A stretch of DNA of 26,157 bases from a virus (lineage: Duplodnaviria; Caudoviricetes), in the IMG/VR virus record IMGVR_UViG_3300010398_000039, positions 1 through 26,157 of that record; one strand, given 5' to 3'. Shown here in pieces: positions 23,968 through 26,157 of the stretch. Under the pieces are notes generated by a model. That model worked only from the letters and a program-made list of their open reading frames with translations. It was not told the origin of the DNA and did not search any database. The position numbers were made by a program, and so were the translations under genes. Numbering within the stretch: the first letter of the stretch is position 1; the number at the start of each line of letters is the position of its first letter.

Positions 23968-26028
23968 TCACATGTACTTCATGGCCTGGATCTGGTAGCC
24001 CCGGAGATCGCCGATCTTCGTGCCGCGGATCCGCTTCCAGATGCCGGTGACCTCGGTGATGGTAAATTGCGCCGCGGCGAAATCGATGAACCAGTCATTG
24101 CTACCGCCGTGGTTGTTCTGGCCGGTACGGACTGCCTGCCGATCGGTGTAGTCGAAGAAGGCGAGCGTATCCACCGTCTCGTCGGGTAGCTCGAGCACGG
24201 CCAGGTTCGGACTGGCGGCGAGCTGCATCACCATCTGGTGGATGCGCGTGCCGTTCTGACGCATGGCCGCGCCGTCCCGCCGGGCTGCCCAGTCCGAGGC
24301 GTTGATGGTGCCGCTGAAGTCGCGGCGGAAGCGCGGGATCACCCGTTCGTGGATGCCGATGCCTTCGATGACGGGCGTGCGCGTGCTGTCGTCGTTGACC
24401 AGCGACACTTCGACCTGAATGGCGTAGCCGGAAATGTTCGGCGGCGCGTCGATCCGCAGCCCGTTGCCATAGATGCTGCCGATCGAGATCAGCTCGCCCA
24501 GCGGGTCGGTGTCCATCGTGCCCGGCAGGCCGGTGGAGCCGGCGACGCGCACCGCGATGTCGACGTGGTCGGCCTGGGTCAGATTCGGACCGAAAGCGGA
24601 GAAACCGGTCCAGCCCTTCGTATCTGCCTGAAACATGGCGTGATGAAGTGGCAGGACGATCGACGCCGGCCCCAGATTGAATTCGGCACCACTGTTCCGC
24701 CCGAGCGGATTGGCCACCAGCTTGATGTACGCGTAGGTGCCGTCGGCGAAACCGATCCAGAGCCGCGGATCGACGGCCGCGCCGCTGACGTACAGCGCCG
24801 TGCCCCGCAGCGACGTCCAGTGGGCGATACAGCCATCCCACTGCTGCTGGAACTGGAACGCCGGCGAGCTCGACTCCTGGGCATTCGGCTCCCAGTCTCC
24901 GTAGGTGATGAGATAGGTGTTGCCGAGACCCGGGTTGTAGATCAGCCCGAATGCCTGCTGCGCCGCCCAGCCGGCGAAGGCCTGGACCGGCCCACGCACC
25001 TCGCTGGCGTTGTTCAGGGCGCGCTCGGGGCCGATCGGCGTGATGCTCAGGTCGGGCATCGTCATCGAGTAGAAGGTCGGCCCGATGCGGAACCACAAGG
25101 AGTTCTGCCAGGCGACCGCGGTCTGCGCGTTGGTCGCGTCGATCGGTACCCGTAGCCCGGGGAACTGGTCGTTGACCGAACCGTCCGCGTTGATCGTCCA
25201 GATCGAGCCGTCCGATTTAAAGATCGCGGTCTTGTTAGCAGCCTGGCGAATAGCGGTGATCGGGATGTCCGCGTTACCCACCACGATCGGCCCACTCCAG
25301 CTGCCGGCCACGGTCGGGTCGTTCTGACAGGTTCGCACCACGCACGTCGAGGCCTGCGCGGCGATCATCGACGGCCCGACCGTCTCGAGGAAGTTGGGCG
25401 CGAAGGGTGAGGGCATGGTGCAGGTAACCCAGGTACCGGCCCCCGAGCGCTGCTCGAGCACGCCGTCGTCCCAGGCCACGTAGAGCGCGTCGACCGGTGT
25501 GGTGCCAGCCGCCATGAAGCGGACCGCGGACGTGGCGACGTGGCCGGCGCGCGTGTGGTCGACCACCTGGCCGGCGTTGGCGTCGGAGGTGCGGTGCAGG
25601 ATATTGGCGCCGGCCAGGACGAATAGTCCGACCTGACCACTGCCGACCGGGCCGTCGATGAACTGGCGAATGGAGCCGGTGGTGGGCGGCGACAGCGCGT
25701 GCAGCAGCGGTCCCTTGCCGACCTGACCGCCGATCACCCAGCAGTCCATTGCCCAGTGGTAGCGCTGGTCGCCCATCGAGCTCTGGATGCGCTCGCCATA
25801 GCCCATCAGCGGGCGAAAAACGAAGGTCCGCTCCTTGTACAGCGGGGCACTGTCGTACTGGAACGACTGGGGCGCCGTATTGACGGCGACGATCTGCTGC
25901 TGCTTGCCGATGAGCAGCCCGTTCTGCTGCGGGACCAGCATGGCACCGACCGCGGCCGAGGCCGGGTCGGCCGTGGTGTGCATGCGGATATCCCACGGGT
26001 AAGGATGACGGCGAGAGCTCGGCGGCAT
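23968..26028 (-). CDS. Virion structural protein (beta-rich tail/nozzle-like)
   Basis: 686 aa, beta-propeller-like composition, upstream of the fibre gene. Confidence 0.6.
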   Translation of the reverse strand: MPPSSRRHPYPWDIRMHTTADPASAAVGAMLVPQQNGLLIGKQQQIVAVNTAPQSFQYDSAPLYKERTFVFRPLMGYGERIQSSMGDQRYHWAMDCWVIGGQVGKGPLLHALSPPTTGSIRQFIDGPVGSGQVGLFVLAGANILHRTSDANAGQVVDHTRAGHVATSAVRFMAAGTTPVDALYVAWDDGVLEQRSGAGTWVTCTMPSPFAPNFLETVGPSMIAAQASTCVVRTCQNDPTVAGSWSGPIVVGNADIPITAIRQAANKTAIFKSDGSIWTINADGSVNDQFPGLRVPIDATNAQTAVAWQNSLWFRIGPTFYSMTMPDLSITPIGPERALNNASEVRGPVQAFAGWAAQQAFGLIYNPGLGNTYLITYGDWEPNAQESSSPAFQFQQQWDGCIAHWTSLRGTALYVSGAAVDPRLWIGFADGTYAYIKLVANPLGRNSGAEFNLGPASIVLPLHHAMFQADTKGWTGFSAFGPNLTQADHVDIAVRVAGSTGLPGTMDTDPLGELISIGSIYGNGLRIDAPPNISGYAIQVEVSLVNDDSTRTPVIEGIGIHERVIPRFRRDFSGTINASDWAARRDGAAMRQNGTRIHQMVMQLAASPNLAVLELPDETVDTLAFFDYTDRQAVRTGQNNHGGSNDWFIDFAAAQFTITEVTGIWKRIRGTKIGDLRGYQIQAMKYM

Positions 26029-26156
26029 CAGGTCGGAGGTGGCGGGCCAGCCATGGTGTCCCAGACCGCGGACACCATGTTGTTGATGTCGGCGTCGGTC
26101 GACTGACTGGTGATGCCCTCGGCGCAGAGCAGGTTCGTGAACGGCACCTTGAAGCC
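26028..26156 (-). CDS. 3' end of an upstream late gene (partial)
   Basis: Open frame ...STDADINNMVSAVWDTMAGPPPPT* with TGATG overlap. Confidence 0.6.
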   Translation of the reverse strand, partial: GFKVPFTNLLCAEGITSQSTDADINNMVSAVWDTMAGPPPPT

Positions 26157-26157
26157 A

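Overview
This window is a high-GC tailed-phage (Caudoviricetes) genome segment. It spans the junction between the start of the late operon (terS, terL, portal; minus strand, left end) and its end (tail proteins and lysis cassette; minus strand, right end). Between them lie a non-coding control region (3650-4830), a plus-strand early operon of small genes (4832-9996), a divergent replication module (SF2 helicase, primase/DUF3987-like) and a plus-strand middle operon (HTH, Rpf-like transglycosylase, SSB-like, VRR-NUC). The main finding is an RNA-based processing system in the early transcript. Three circularly permuted twister-type self-cleaving ribozymes with covarying stems each sit between a stop codon and the RBS of the next gene. 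At the operon head are a structured non-coding region, a D-armless CCA-ending tRNA-like element and an H-type pseudoknot. Other points are a 9-nt RBS motif (GGAGCTACC, 9 copies), CATTAGCAC iterons split between two loci 5.8 kb apart with LexA-box-like sites, a stand-alone Rpf, an Flp pilin in the lysis cassette and a possible two-gene endolysin. No integrase was seen. The host is uncertain, with only weak hints toward Chloroflexota or Actinomycetota. All calls are by eye; no searches were run.
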